Shown in pieces: positions 25,364-34,190 of a stretch of DNA of 64,000 nt (its first letter is position 1; each line of letters starts with the position of its first letter). The stretch lies in assembly GCA_035353335.1 (NCBI GenBank), contig DAOPZJ010000004.1:15555-79554 (forward strand). Direction: 5' to 3'. Source of the DNA: Oscillospiraceae bacterium. Its GTDB lineage: Bacteria; Bacillota; Clostridia; Oscillospirales; JAKOTC01. Made by a program: the position numbers and the translations under genes. A model generated the notes under the pieces. That model saw only the letters and a program-made list of their open reading frames with translations. It ran no database searches and was not told the origin of the DNA.

Positions 25364-26278
25364 TTAAACCGCCTCCAAAAACAAGGTCTCGATGCTCGGC
25401 TCGAGAAGTTCGAATTTAATAGGACGCAGCCCTTTTTGTGAAAGGATGTCGATGGTGTCCTTTTGCGCGCGGGCGGCGTTTGCGGCCCTTAAAATCACCG
25501 TTGTGCCGTTTGTCTCGGTTTTGTTCAGATAGTCCGGCGTATCGATCGCCGAGAGGAAAACTTTCAGGTCATCCGGTGAACTGAATTCGATTAAAAGGCC
25601 GTCTTCGCGGTGCTGCTTTTTAATATCAGCGATGGTGCCGCAGAGCGCCAATTTACCGTTGTTAAGCAGGGCGATGCGGTCGCAAATGCGCTCCACGTCC
25701 GAGAGGATGTGGGTTGAAAACAGCACGGTGGTTTTGCCTGTGACCTGCTCCAAAATATCGAGTAATTCTTTTCGGCCGATGGGATCGAGCGCCGAGGTCG
25801 GCTCGTCACAGATGAGCAGTTTCGGCTCGTTGATCAATGCCTGCGCGATGCCGAGACGCTGTTTCATACCTCTCGAAAAGCCGCCGATTCGCTTGTTGGC
25901 CTTTTCAAGCCCGACCAAATGGATCAATTCCTCGCAGCGGCTTTTCAGAGTTTTGTGATCCAACCCCGTGATTTCGCCGCAGAGCGTCAAATATTCGATG
26001 GGTTTCATGTAGCCGTAGAACTCGGGCACGTCGGGCAGATAGCCGATAAAACGGTTGGTCCTGGTCTGACCGTACCGGACAGACTCGCCGTTGACGCGGA
26101 TGGTTCCGCTGTCCGTCTTTAGTAACCCCAGAATCATCTTCATCGTCGTGGTTTTGCCCGCGCCGTTTTGGCCGATAAAGCCGAAGATGGATTTTTCGGG
26201 CACCTCAAAAGAGATATCATCGATGACCTTATTGTCGCCGAAGCTCTTTGAGACATGTTCAAGCGTTAAGATATTCAT
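25364..26278 (-). CDS. ABC transporter ATP-binding protein
   Basis: Walker A GQNGAGKTT, signature FSRGMKQRL, Walker B LLICDEP. Confidence 0.9.
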   Translation of the reverse strand: MNILTLEHVSKSFGDNKVIDDISFEVPEKSIFGFIGQNGAGKTTTMKMILGLLKTDSGTIRVNGESVRYGQTRTNRFIGYLPDVPEFYGYMKPIEYLTLCGEITGLDHKTLKSRCEELIHLVGLEKANKRIGGFSRGMKQRLGIAQALINEPKLLICDEPTSALDPIGRKELLDILEQVTGKTTVLFSTHILSDVERICDRIALLNNGKLALCGTIADIKKQHREDGLLIEFSSPDDLKVFLSAIDTPDYLNKTETNGTTVILRAANAARAQKDTIDILSQKGLRPIKFELLEPSIETLFLEAV

Positions 26279-26320
26279 GAATCGGATTTTCCTTTCGTAT
26301 TAAGGTTGAAGTTTTATTTT

Positions 26321-26521
26321 TCAACCTTCCTCACCTTTACCGAAAACAAAGTAGACAATGGGGCCGATGATCTGGACAAAGCACATGATGATCCAAAAGA
26401 CCTTGCTGCCGAACCGGTAATGAGGGTGTTTGAGAACATGTACCAGCGCCGCAACTGTCAGCGACAATTCCGCAATGAGGATCGGGATTAAAAACGGGAG
26501 ATACTCAATCAATTTTTCCAT
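26321..26521 (-). CDS. PLDc_N-domain small membrane protein
   Basis: 66 aa with two TM helices. The pattern VLKHPHYRFGSKVFWIIMCFVQIIGPIVYFVFG is typical of the PLD-nuclease N-terminal domain family. Confidence 0.7.
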   Translation of the reverse strand: MEKLIEYLPFLIPILIAELSLTVAALVHVLKHPHYRFGSKVFWIIMCFVQIIGPIVYFVFGKGEEG

Positions 26522-27644
26522 AAGATGACCATCCTTTCATAAATAGCGCTCCCTCGAGATGATTGAGGATATTTTGATAAACGGGGTTTTGCGCCAAAAA
26601 AGTAAACGCGGGGTTATTTTTGATGATGTTTATAACATCCTGTCGAATTAACTTGATATCGCGGGGGACGCTTTTGTTGAGCTCGTTTTCCTCCAGCCAA
26701 TCGTCGAGCAGGTCAAAGTATTGGTCGCCGTGCAATTCCACCGCAAAGCTCGCAGAGGTGCAGACTCGTTCGTAACCGGCTAACATTTCAAGCGTCTTTT
26801 CCGCGTTTTGATTTGTTGCATAAGTCAGCGCGGCCACATAGTAAATCGGGGCAAGCAGATCGGGCCGGAGCCGATCGAAATCAAACACCTCGGCGACTTT
26901 GAGAAAACGGGCTAACAGAGGGTCAAACCGCCCGTCTTTCATATACAGTGACAGATAGGACGGGGCAAGACTAAGGAGGATGCCGAGATACTGGTAGACG
27001 CCTACCTGCATGACTGTCGCGGCTTTTTTGGAATCGCCCTTCATCTGATAAGCGCCCGAGAGAATGACTTCGGTGCTCATCACGGGCTTGGTGGAGCCCT
27101 CCAAAAGTTCAAGAACTTCGAGCGGTTTTTGCAGGGTCAGATAACAAATCGCCTGCATCGAGTTGGCTTGTTTTGAGAGCCAGAGGTCGTCTCCGTCGGT
27201 CTTGATATGTTCGCATAACCTGATGATCTCATTCAAAATCTCCTGCTGCTTTTCGGGTTCTTTCGCCAGCGGATGGTGGTTCAATAACAGCGCCGCAATC
27301 TCAAAGACCAACGGGAAGCAGGCGTAATACTTTTTTACGAGTTCCCTGCACTCTGCGTAAACCTCCTCAAAGGGTTTACTGCTGAAATCATGTGCAAGGC
27401 GGTTATAGTTTTTTTTAATATCCTCGGCGGTCATCTGGGGCAGGTAGCCGATCAGCTCGTCGATGCTGATGTTGAAATAGGCGGCAAGGCGCGGCAGAAA
27501 CGTGATGTCGGGATAACTCTGTCCGGTCTCCCACTTGGAGACCGAGGCCTTTGAGACGCTCATGTATTCGGCGAGCTCATCTTGCGTAATGTTTCTTTCG
27601 TGCCGCTTTGCGGCAATCACCGTCGAAATGTTGATCTCTTTCAA
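26505..27644 (-). CDS. XRE-family HTH transcriptional regulator with long helical (TPR-like) C-terminal domain
   Basis: N-terminus IAAKRHERNITQDELAEYMSVSKASVSKWETGQSYPD. About 300 further residues look helical-repeat-like. Confidence 0.8.
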   Translation of the reverse strand: MKEINISTVIAAKRHERNITQDELAEYMSVSKASVSKWETGQSYPDITFLPRLAAYFNISIDELIGYLPQMTAEDIKKNYNRLAHDFSSKPFEEVYAECRELVKKYYACFPLVFEIAALLLNHHPLAKEPEKQQEILNEIIRLCEHIKTDGDDLWLSKQANSMQAICYLTLQKPLEVLELLEGSTKPVMSTEVILSGAYQMKGDSKKAATVMQVGVYQYLGILLSLAPSYLSLYMKDGRFDPLLARFLKVAEVFDFDRLRPDLLAPIYYVAALTYATNQNAEKTLEMLAGYERVCTSASFAVELHGDQYFDLLDDWLEENELNKSVPRDIKLIRQDVINIIKNNPAFTFLAQNPVYQNILNHLEGALFMKGWSSYGKID

Positions 27645-27830
27645 GAAAAATCACCTCACGAGAAACATTATCACCCTTTTCACATGGAATATCAAGGGAT
27701 TTATAATTGATTTCAGTTGATTAAATCAACTAATTGGAAACATTAAAAAATAAGCGTTCCCGCAAGAACACTCCTGGCTTCGCTTATTTCGGTTGAAGGA
27801 GGGTAAATCTGTTGGAGCTATTCGCCCGAT

Positions 27831-28328
27831 TTAAATTGAGCGGATATAGCTATATAAATTAAATGGTTTATTTCTTGCATTTTCAAGGGCTTCGCTCAAT
27901 ATATGCACGAATTCTTCAAGTCCGGCCCGGTCCGTTTCAGTGAAGCGCCCGACGGAAGGACTGTCGACATCCAGCACTCCGATGATTTTGCCTTGAACGC
28001 GAAGCGGGATAACGATTTCCGAATTGGATGCGCTGTCGCAGGCGATATGACCGGGAAACTCATGCACGTCTTTGTCCAGCATCGTCGTACCTTGCCGTAC
28101 AGCGGCTCCGCAAACGCCCTTTCCGACCGGAATCTCAATGCACGCAGGTTTTCCCTGAAACGGGCCGAGGATGATTTTTTCGTTTTCAGCAAAATAAAAC
28201 CCGGCCCAATTGATGTCTTCGAGCGTGTTGAAAATTAACGCCGAGGCATTGGCGAGATTTGCGATATAATGCGGCACCCCTTGGATCAATGCCCGCAGCT
28301 GCGCGTTCATTTCATTATAATCGGTCAT
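27831..28328 (-). CDS. msrC: GAF-domain protein, free methionine-(R)-sulfoxide reductase-like
   Basis: The start at 28328 gives MTDYNEM...NWAGFYF...GPFQGKPACIEIPVGKGVCG...HIACDSASNSEIV, as in the YebR/fRMsr family. The track ORF is over-extended upstream. Confidence 0.8.
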   Translation of the reverse strand: MTDYNEMNAQLRALIQGVPHYIANLANASALIFNTLEDINWAGFYFAENEKIILGPFQGKPACIEIPVGKGVCGAAVRQGTTMLDKDVHEFPGHIACDSASNSEIVIPLRVQGKIIGVLDVDSPSVGRFTETDRAGLEEFVHILSEALENARNKPFNLYSYIRSI

Positions 28329-28492
28329 GTTTATCCTCCGGAAGAGTTCAATTTTTGGGCTCGCTGAAAATAAAATCGAATATAAGGCAAAATCAAAAGC
28401 AGACAAATTGAAAAATATGCCGTGAGTCGTATTATAACATATAGTGCGAAAACCGCAACGCAATTTTTCGGGTGCTGACAAACATGCGGATA

Positions 28493-28521
28493 TTGACATA
28501 TTCTATGGAATATGATAAAAT
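28493..28521 (+). promoter_or_regulatory. Near-consensus sigma-70 promoter upstream of tRNA-Ser
   Basis: TTGACA, 17-nt spacer, then TGaTAAAAT. Confidence 0.55.
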
Positions 28522-28588
28522 CAAAAACCGCGATAGGGAGAGCGCATACGGTTTTACCGATGCAAATCTTTCAGTCGCTGTAAAATAC

Positions 28589-28677
28589 GGAGAGGTATCG
28601 AAGAGGTCATAACGGGGCTGACTCGAAATCAGTTTGGGGGCAACTCCACGTGGGTTCGAATCCCACCCTCTCCGCCA
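28589..28677 (+). tRNA. tRNA-Ser (anticodon CGA), class II with long variable arm, CCA encoded
   Basis: Acceptor GGAGAGG/CCTCTCC. Anticodon stem-loop GCTGA-CTCGAAA-TCAGT. Variable arm TGGGG-GCAA-CTCCA. T arm GTGGG-TTCGAAT-CCCAC. 3' end GCCA. Confidence 0.85.
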
Positions 28678-28681
28678 AAAA

Positions 28682-28710
28682 GCCGGTAACGCAAGTTAAC
28701 CGGTTTTTTT
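28682..28710 (+). terminator. Terminator after tRNA-Ser
   Basis: CCGGTAAC / GTTAACCGG stem (one bulge) followed by T7. Confidence 0.6.
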
Positions 28711-28896
28711 ATTGTTAGCAATTTTTTCCGAATGGCATCTTTTAATGTACTCCTTTTATTGCGCTTTATGTATATTTGTGATATAATATATTTGGGTAAA
28801 ATGACGAAAAAGAATTCGGATCATTTGCCCGGAGCATTTGATTATGCCAAACGACATATAATTTGGCTCGGAAACCTTTGAAAGGGGTGTTTTTTT

Positions 28897-29325
28897 ATGG
28901 GACCCATGATCTGGATATGGGCGGGCATTTTTGTGGTCACGCTTCTCATCGAAGGCGCAACTGTCAGCTTGGTCAGCATTTGGTTCGCTGCCGGCGCTCT
29001 GGTCGCCGGTGTCGCAACCTTGTTCGGCGCGCAGCTGTGGCTTCAGCTCGTCTTGTTCATCGTGGTCTCCGGCGCAACTTTAACGGCGACACGGCCTTTA
29101 ATGCGTAAAATGCGCGGCAAAAAGGAACCGACCAATGCGGACCGCAACATCGGCGCAGAAGCGGTTGTTTTAACACCGATTGAACCGCATACATTGGGCA
29201 CAGTCAATGTTAACGGGCTTGTCTGGAACGCAGTCGATGTGGACGGCGGAAACATTCCCGCCGGCGAAGTCGTCATCGTCAAACACATCCAAGGCACAAA
29301 ACTGCTCGTTAAAAAACAATCATAA
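28897..29325 (+). CDS. NfeD family membrane protein
   Basis: N-terminal TM helices plus a C-terminal OB-like segment (GTVNVNGLVWNAV...GEVVIVKHIQGTKLLV). Upstream of the SPFH gene. Confidence 0.8.
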   Translation: MGPMIWIWAGIFVVTLLIEGATVSLVSIWFAAGALVAGVATLFGAQLWLQLVLFIVVSGATLTATRPLMRKMRGKKEPTNADRNIGAEAVVLTPIEPHTLGTVNVNGLVWNAVDVDGGNIPAGEVVIVKHIQGTKLLVKKQS

Positions 29326-29374
29326 CCCACGAATCATGAGAAGAAAACAGTCATAACAGACAGGAGGATTACTT

Positions 29375-30319
29375 ATGATCTTTGCAGCAATCGGTGTCGG
29401 CGGAAGCGTCGCAATCGCAATTATCGCTCTTTTCGTTCTGATCGTTCTGGTATCGAATATCAAAGTCGTGCCGCAGGCACATGCTTATGTCATCGAACGC
29501 CTCGGTGCTTATCACACAACTTGGGAAACCGGTCTGCACGCCAAAATCCCGTTCTTTGATAAAATTTCGAAAAAGGTCTCGCTGAAAGAACGCATTGCCG
29601 ACTTCCCGCCGCAGCCCGTCATCACCAAGGATAACGTCACCATGCAGATCGACACCGTCGTCTACTTCCAGGTGACCGACCCGAAACTGTTCTCCTACGG
29701 CGTTGAAAACCCGATGATGGCCATCGAAACGCTGGCGGCGACGACCCTGCGCAACATCATCGGCGAATTGGAACTCGACCAGACTCTGACTTCCCGTGAC
29801 ACCATCAACGCCAAGATCCGTGTGATTTTGGACGTCGCGACCGACCCGTGGGGCATCAAAGTTAACCGCGTCGAGCTCAAGAACATCCTGCCGCCGAAAG
29901 AAATTCAAAACGCGATGGAGCGTCAGATGAAAGCTGAGCGCGAACGCCGTGAGGCGATTTTGCGCGCTGAAGGCGAAAAGAACGCCGCCATCCTCGTCGC
30001 CGAAGGTCAGAAGCAGTCTGTAATTCTCTCTGCGGAAGCCGATAAGCAATCCAAGATTTTGGCCGCCGAAGCCGAAAAGGAAAAGAAAATCCGCGAAGCC
30101 GAAGGTGAAGCCGAAGCGATTCTCAAGGTGCAGTCCGCGCTGGCTGACGGTATCAAGATGCTGAACGAATCCGCTCCTTCTCAGCAGGTCATCGCGCTCA
30201 AGAGTTTGGAAGCGCTGACAAAAGTCGGTCAGGGCTCGTCTACAAAGATCATCATTCCGTCCGAGATCCAGTCGCTGGCGGGTCTTGCGACTTCTGTTAA
30301 GGAACTCATGAAAGAATAA
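29375..30319 (+). CDS. SPFH/band-7 (stomatin/prohibitin-like) protein
   Basis: VPQAHAYVIERLGAYH, ITKDNVTMQIDTVVYFQV and a coiled-coil AEREAEA-rich tail. Confidence 0.9.
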   Translation: MIFAAIGVGGSVAIAIIALFVLIVLVSNIKVVPQAHAYVIERLGAYHTTWETGLHAKIPFFDKISKKVSLKERIADFPPQPVITKDNVTMQIDTVVYFQVTDPKLFSYGVENPMMAIETLAATTLRNIIGELELDQTLTSRDTINAKIRVILDVATDPWGIKVNRVELKNILPPKEIQNAMERQMKAERERREAILRAEGEKNAAILVAEGQKQSVILSAEADKQSKILAAEAEKEKKIREAEGEAEAILKVQSALADGIKMLNESAPSQQVIALKSLEALTKVGQGSSTKIIIPSEIQSLAGLATSVKELMKE

Positions 30320-30339
30320 AAGTTCTTTAGATTACATCC

Positions 30340-30374
30340 AAACGCCTGTCGAAGAGATTTTCGACAGGCGTTTC
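30340..30374 (+). terminator. Rho-independent terminator after the SPFH gene
   Basis: AAACGCCTGTCGAA / TTCGACAGGCGTTT stem. Confidence 0.7.
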
Positions 30375-30497
30375 TGTATTAAGGAATTATAATGCAGCGC
30401 TTGACAATATTGCGAGATAAAGTATAATTTTAGCGAATCGGTTTTTTAATATTTCTTTGTAAAGTAAAATATCTATTATGAAAACGGAAGAAAACGC

Positions 30498-31040
30498 TTG
30501 ATGATTGAAAAAGACGAATTAAGGGCATGGGCCATTCAAAAAGCGATGGTGATTCCCGAGCGGAGAAAAAAGGAAGCAGATCTTGCGGCGGCGGAAAAGC
30601 TGCTCTTATCAAAAGAATTTAATGAATCTAAGATAGTTTTTTGCTATATCTCCGTCCGCGATGAGGTTTCAACACTTGAAATACTAAAAGCGGCGATTCA
30701 GCTCAAAAAGAAACTATGCGTGCCGAGATGTCTGCCCGAATACGCCATGGAAGCTGTGACTATCGAAAATATCAATGATTTGGAAAATGATTTATACGGT
30801 ATTCCGACCGTGAAAAAGGGCGGGCAAGTCATACCTGTTTCCTTGATTGATTTAGCAGTGCTGCCATGCCTGTGCGCCGATGAAAGAGGTTATAGAATCG
30901 GGTACGGAAAGGGATATTACGACCGCTTTTTGGCCGAATATCAGGGATTCTCGGTTGTGCTGTGCCGAAAAGAACTTTTAGTGAATGAGATTCCCGCGGA
31001 ACCGCACGATCGAAAAGCCGATCTTGTCATCGCGTCATAA
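30498..31040 (+). CDS. 5-formyltetrahydrofolate cyclo-ligase
   Basis: 180 aa. GYRIGYGKGYYDRFL and PHDRKADLV are signatures of the family. Confidence 0.8.
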   Translation: MMIEKDELRAWAIQKAMVIPERRKKEADLAAAEKLLLSKEFNESKIVFCYISVRDEVSTLEILKAAIQLKKKLCVPRCLPEYAMEAVTIENINDLENDLYGIPTVKKGGQVIPVSLIDLAVLPCLCADERGYRIGYGKGYYDRFLAEYQGFSVVLCRKELLVNEIPAEPHDRKADLVIAS

Positions 31041-31062
31041 CTAAATCCAAAGGAGAACATTT

Positions 31063-32247
31063 ATGTTTCAACCTGTTTGTGAAACGCTTCAAAATCCGGA
31101 GCGCTACCTCAAAAAGACCGCCGAGCTGACGCCGGAAAAACTGCAAAAAGCCCTTGAACAGGCGCTTGTGCGCATCGACAGAGGCATTGAGTTATTTGGG
31201 GGGAAAACCTTTCCGCCGGCGGGCTCAGGCGCAGGATATCTCTATCAGGCGACCGTGAACAAGGGCTGGACCGAGGGCTTTTGGCCGGGGATGCTGTGGC
31301 TTGCCTATCAATTGACCAAAGACGATAAATACCGCACTGTCGCCGAGCAGAGCGTTGGCAGCTTTGCCGAGCGCATGGATAACCGGGTCAATGTCGATTT
31401 TCACGACATGGGCTTTTTATTCGGACTTTCCTGTGTGATGGCGTATATGCTCACAGGAAATAAAAAAGCCCGGACTTACGCACTCAAATCTGCGGATTGC
31501 CTTGCCAACCGCTATCAGGAAAAAGGGCGGTTTATTCAGGCCTGGGGACCGATGGGCGTGCCGGACAATTACCGACTGATCGTCGATTGCTATATGAATC
31601 TGCCGATGCTGTTTTGGGCAACCGAACAGACCGGTAATCAGCGTTATGCCGAGATTGCAAAGATTCATGCAGAAACTGCTTTCGAGACGGTTTTCCGTCC
31701 GGACGGGACGACTTTTCACACCTTTTTCTTTGATCCCGAAACCGGCGAACGGCTGCGCGGTGTGACCGCACAGGGCTATTCCGACGACTCCTGTTGGGCG
31801 CGTGGACAGAGCTGGGGCATCTACGGGCTTCCGCTCTATTTCGATGACAGCGGCGATAAGTCCAAACTGCCGTTATGGTATCAGATTACGAACGTTTTCC
31901 TGAATGCCCTTCCGTCCGATCTGGTTTCCTATTGGGATTTGATTTTCGGCGAGGGCAGCACAGAGCCGCGCGATACTTCAGCGGCTGCGATCACTGCCTG
32001 CGGGATATTGAGAGCGGAAAAATACCTGGCGGATAAAAACAAATATGACTCCGCTGCCAAAGCCATTGTTTGTTCGCTGATTGATCACTATACGACTGCG
32101 CAGGGTGAAAAGTCCACCGCGCTGCTCAGCGACGGCTTGTATAACTGGCCGGCGTCCAAAGCGCCCGAAGGCACGATCTTCGGCGACTATTTTTACATAG
32201 AAGCGCTGGCGAAATTGATCAAGCCGGATATCAAGCTATTTTGGTAA
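31063..32247 (+). CDS. Glycoside hydrolase family 88 (unsaturated glucuronyl/galacturonyl hydrolase)
   Basis: WTEGFWPGMLWLAY, DFHDMGFLF, WARGQSWGIYG. Confidence 0.85.
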   Translation: MFQPVCETLQNPERYLKKTAELTPEKLQKALEQALVRIDRGIELFGGKTFPPAGSGAGYLYQATVNKGWTEGFWPGMLWLAYQLTKDDKYRTVAEQSVGSFAERMDNRVNVDFHDMGFLFGLSCVMAYMLTGNKKARTYALKSADCLANRYQEKGRFIQAWGPMGVPDNYRLIVDCYMNLPMLFWATEQTGNQRYAEIAKIHAETAFETVFRPDGTTFHTFFFDPETGERLRGVTAQGYSDDSCWARGQSWGIYGLPLYFDDSGDKSKLPLWYQITNVFLNALPSDLVSYWDLIFGEGSTEPRDTSAAAITACGILRAEKYLADKNKYDSAAKAIVCSLIDHYTTAQGEKSTALLSDGLYNWPASKAPEGTIFGDYFYIEALAKLIKPDIKLFW

Positions 32248-32262
32248 GGATGATAAATTAAA

Positions 32263-34059
32263 ATGAAGTTTTTTGAACATGCAAACTATCGGGTGCTGCC
32301 GTTTAAGGAATACAAACTCTTTTCGGATTTAAATAAAACTCCCGCCGATATCCCTGCGGCAAAACAAAAAGTATTGATTGAGCGGGCTAAACAGATGGCA
32401 GGGAAAACGATTCCGGTTTTGCCGGCATCGTTATACCGGGAATTTACGATCAACGGCAATCGTACGAATTTTCAAGCCCTTTATTTCGAGCGCCGGGAGC
32501 GCCTGATCGCACTCACATTCGGAGAACTTTTCGAGAAAAAGAGTGTTTATATCACCGAAATCATCGATTTGATCTGGGCGATTTGCGAGGAGACCAGTTG
32601 GGTCATTCCCGCGCACAATGTTGCAAAAGATCAATCATTGCTGTCAAAACCGCTGCCGGATGTGTTTGACGACAATATTGTCGCCATCGACCTATTCAGC
32701 GCTGCAACGGGTGCGACGCTGGCGTGGGTGTTTTATTTGATCGGTGACCGGATTGACACAGAAATTCCCGAAATCATCCGCGAACGGGTGGAATATGAGC
32801 TCAACCGCCGCATCATCAAGCCGTATCTGACCTACACGATGCGGTGGATCACCGAATTCGTCAACAACTGGACTCCGTGGATTGTCTCGAATGTGCTTTC
32901 AGTGACGGCGCTGGCCGTCAGGGATACCGCAGCCCGGGAGGCCGTGGTCAAACGCTCTTTAGAATTCCTCGATATTTTCACCGAGACCTATGACGATGAC
33001 GGCGGCTGCGACGAAGGCGCGGGGTATTGGGTTGCGGCGGGCGCGGCGTGGCTTGATGCGCTCGAACAGCTTTATGATATGACCGGCGGCGATATCAACA
33101 TTTTCGGGCACGAATTTACCCGAAGAGTCGGCGAATACATTATGAACGTGAACATCGGCGGGAAAAAGTTTGTGACCTTTGCCGACGCGCATTTTAAGTT
33201 GAATTCATTCGACTTCGGGGTTGTATACCGTTACGGAAAGCGGGTAAACAGCGAACGACTGAAAAGCTTTGCCGCGGAGCATCTTGACAACGAGACCGTT
33301 ATCACCGAGAGCAACCTGAACTTTTTTATGTATCGGTTTGTAAAAAACCTTGTTCAGAAGATCGAACCGCCGACAGGATATATCCCCCCGGAAACTGCTT
33401 ATTACGATGGCATGCAGCTGGGCGTGATGCGCGGCAAACACCTTTTCACCGCGTTCAAGGGCGGGCACAACAACGAGAGCCACAACCACAACGATGTCGG
33501 CAGTTTCATCGTCTATTTCGACGAAGAACCGTGGCTGATTGACGTTGGCGTCGGGACCTACACCCGCGATACCTTCAGCGAAAACCGTTATAAAATTTGG
33601 ACGATGCAGTCAAGCTGGCACAACCTCCCTGAGATCGACGGGGAAACGCAGCATAACGGCGGCGAATACAAAGCCGACAAGTTCACATTTGACGAGGATA
33701 AGAAGACCGCATTTGTCAGTTATCCGGACGCATATGAAAAAGGCGCAGACGTCAAGGTCTGCACCCGCGAGTGGATTTTTGACGGGGATGTTTTAATCGT
33801 AAAAGATTATATTGTCTGCGAAAACCCGACCGAGGTGTGCTGGAACTTTATGCTGCGTGATAAACCCGAACTGACCGAAAGCGGTTTTTCCCTGAACGGG
33901 CATACTTTAGCCGCCGATATTCCGATAAAAATCATCGTCGAGTCCAAAGAGTTGAACGACGAGAGTTTGAAAAAAGATTGGAATCGGGATTATTTGTATC
34001 GAGTGAAAATTATTACGGAGAATAAAAAAGAACACTTGATTGCGTTTGAAATCCAATAA
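32263..34059 (+). CDS. Heparinase II/III-family polysaccharide lyase-like protein
   Basis: 598 aa. GGHNNESHNHNDVGSF and TFSENRYKIWTMQSSWHN resemble the heparinase II/III C-terminal domain. Confidence 0.75.
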   Translation: MKFFEHANYRVLPFKEYKLFSDLNKTPADIPAAKQKVLIERAKQMAGKTIPVLPASLYREFTINGNRTNFQALYFERRERLIALTFGELFEKKSVYITEIIDLIWAICEETSWVIPAHNVAKDQSLLSKPLPDVFDDNIVAIDLFSAATGATLAWVFYLIGDRIDTEIPEIIRERVEYELNRRIIKPYLTYTMRWITEFVNNWTPWIVSNVLSVTALAVRDTAAREAVVKRSLEFLDIFTETYDDDGGCDEGAGYWVAAGAAWLDALEQLYDMTGGDINIFGHEFTRRVGEYIMNVNIGGKKFVTFADAHFKLNSFDFGVVYRYGKRVNSERLKSFAAEHLDNETVITESNLNFFMYRFVKNLVQKIEPPTGYIPPETAYYDGMQLGVMRGKHLFTAFKGGHNNESHNHNDVGSFIVYFDEEPWLIDVGVGTYTRDTFSENRYKIWTMQSSWHNLPEIDGETQHNGGEYKADKFTFDEDKKTAFVSYPDAYEKGADVKVCTREWIFDGDVLIVKDYIVCENPTEVCWNFMLRDKPELTESGFSLNGHTLAADIPIKIIVESKELNDESLKKDWNRDYLYRVKIITENKKEHLIAFEIQ

Positions 34060-34190
34060 TTTCTTTCATTAAAAAAATGATGCAGCTTGGGTGTTTGCCG
34101 AAGCTGTGTTATATATATTTTTTTTAAAATGAACAAATGAAGCAATATATCAGGAATATCCTTAACTCTTAACTTTATGGATATTGGTTC

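Noticed and set aside
28589-28677. The tRNA-Ser locus as the attachment site of a genomic island.
   Set aside because: No integrase, no repeat of the tRNA 3' half and no compositional break are visible in the flanking genes (fRMsr on one side, NfeD/SPFH on the other).
28801-28863. A 20-codon ORF (MTKKNSDHLPGAFDYAKRHI) upstream of nfeD.
   Set aside because: It has no convincing RBS, no recognisable family and is very short. It is more likely leader sequence.
34083-34125. A terminator between the convergent heparinase-like and GT4 genes (CAGCTT...AAGCTG hairpin).
   Set aside because: The stem is only 6 bp and the T-run starts 11 nt after it. That is too weak to call as a feature.
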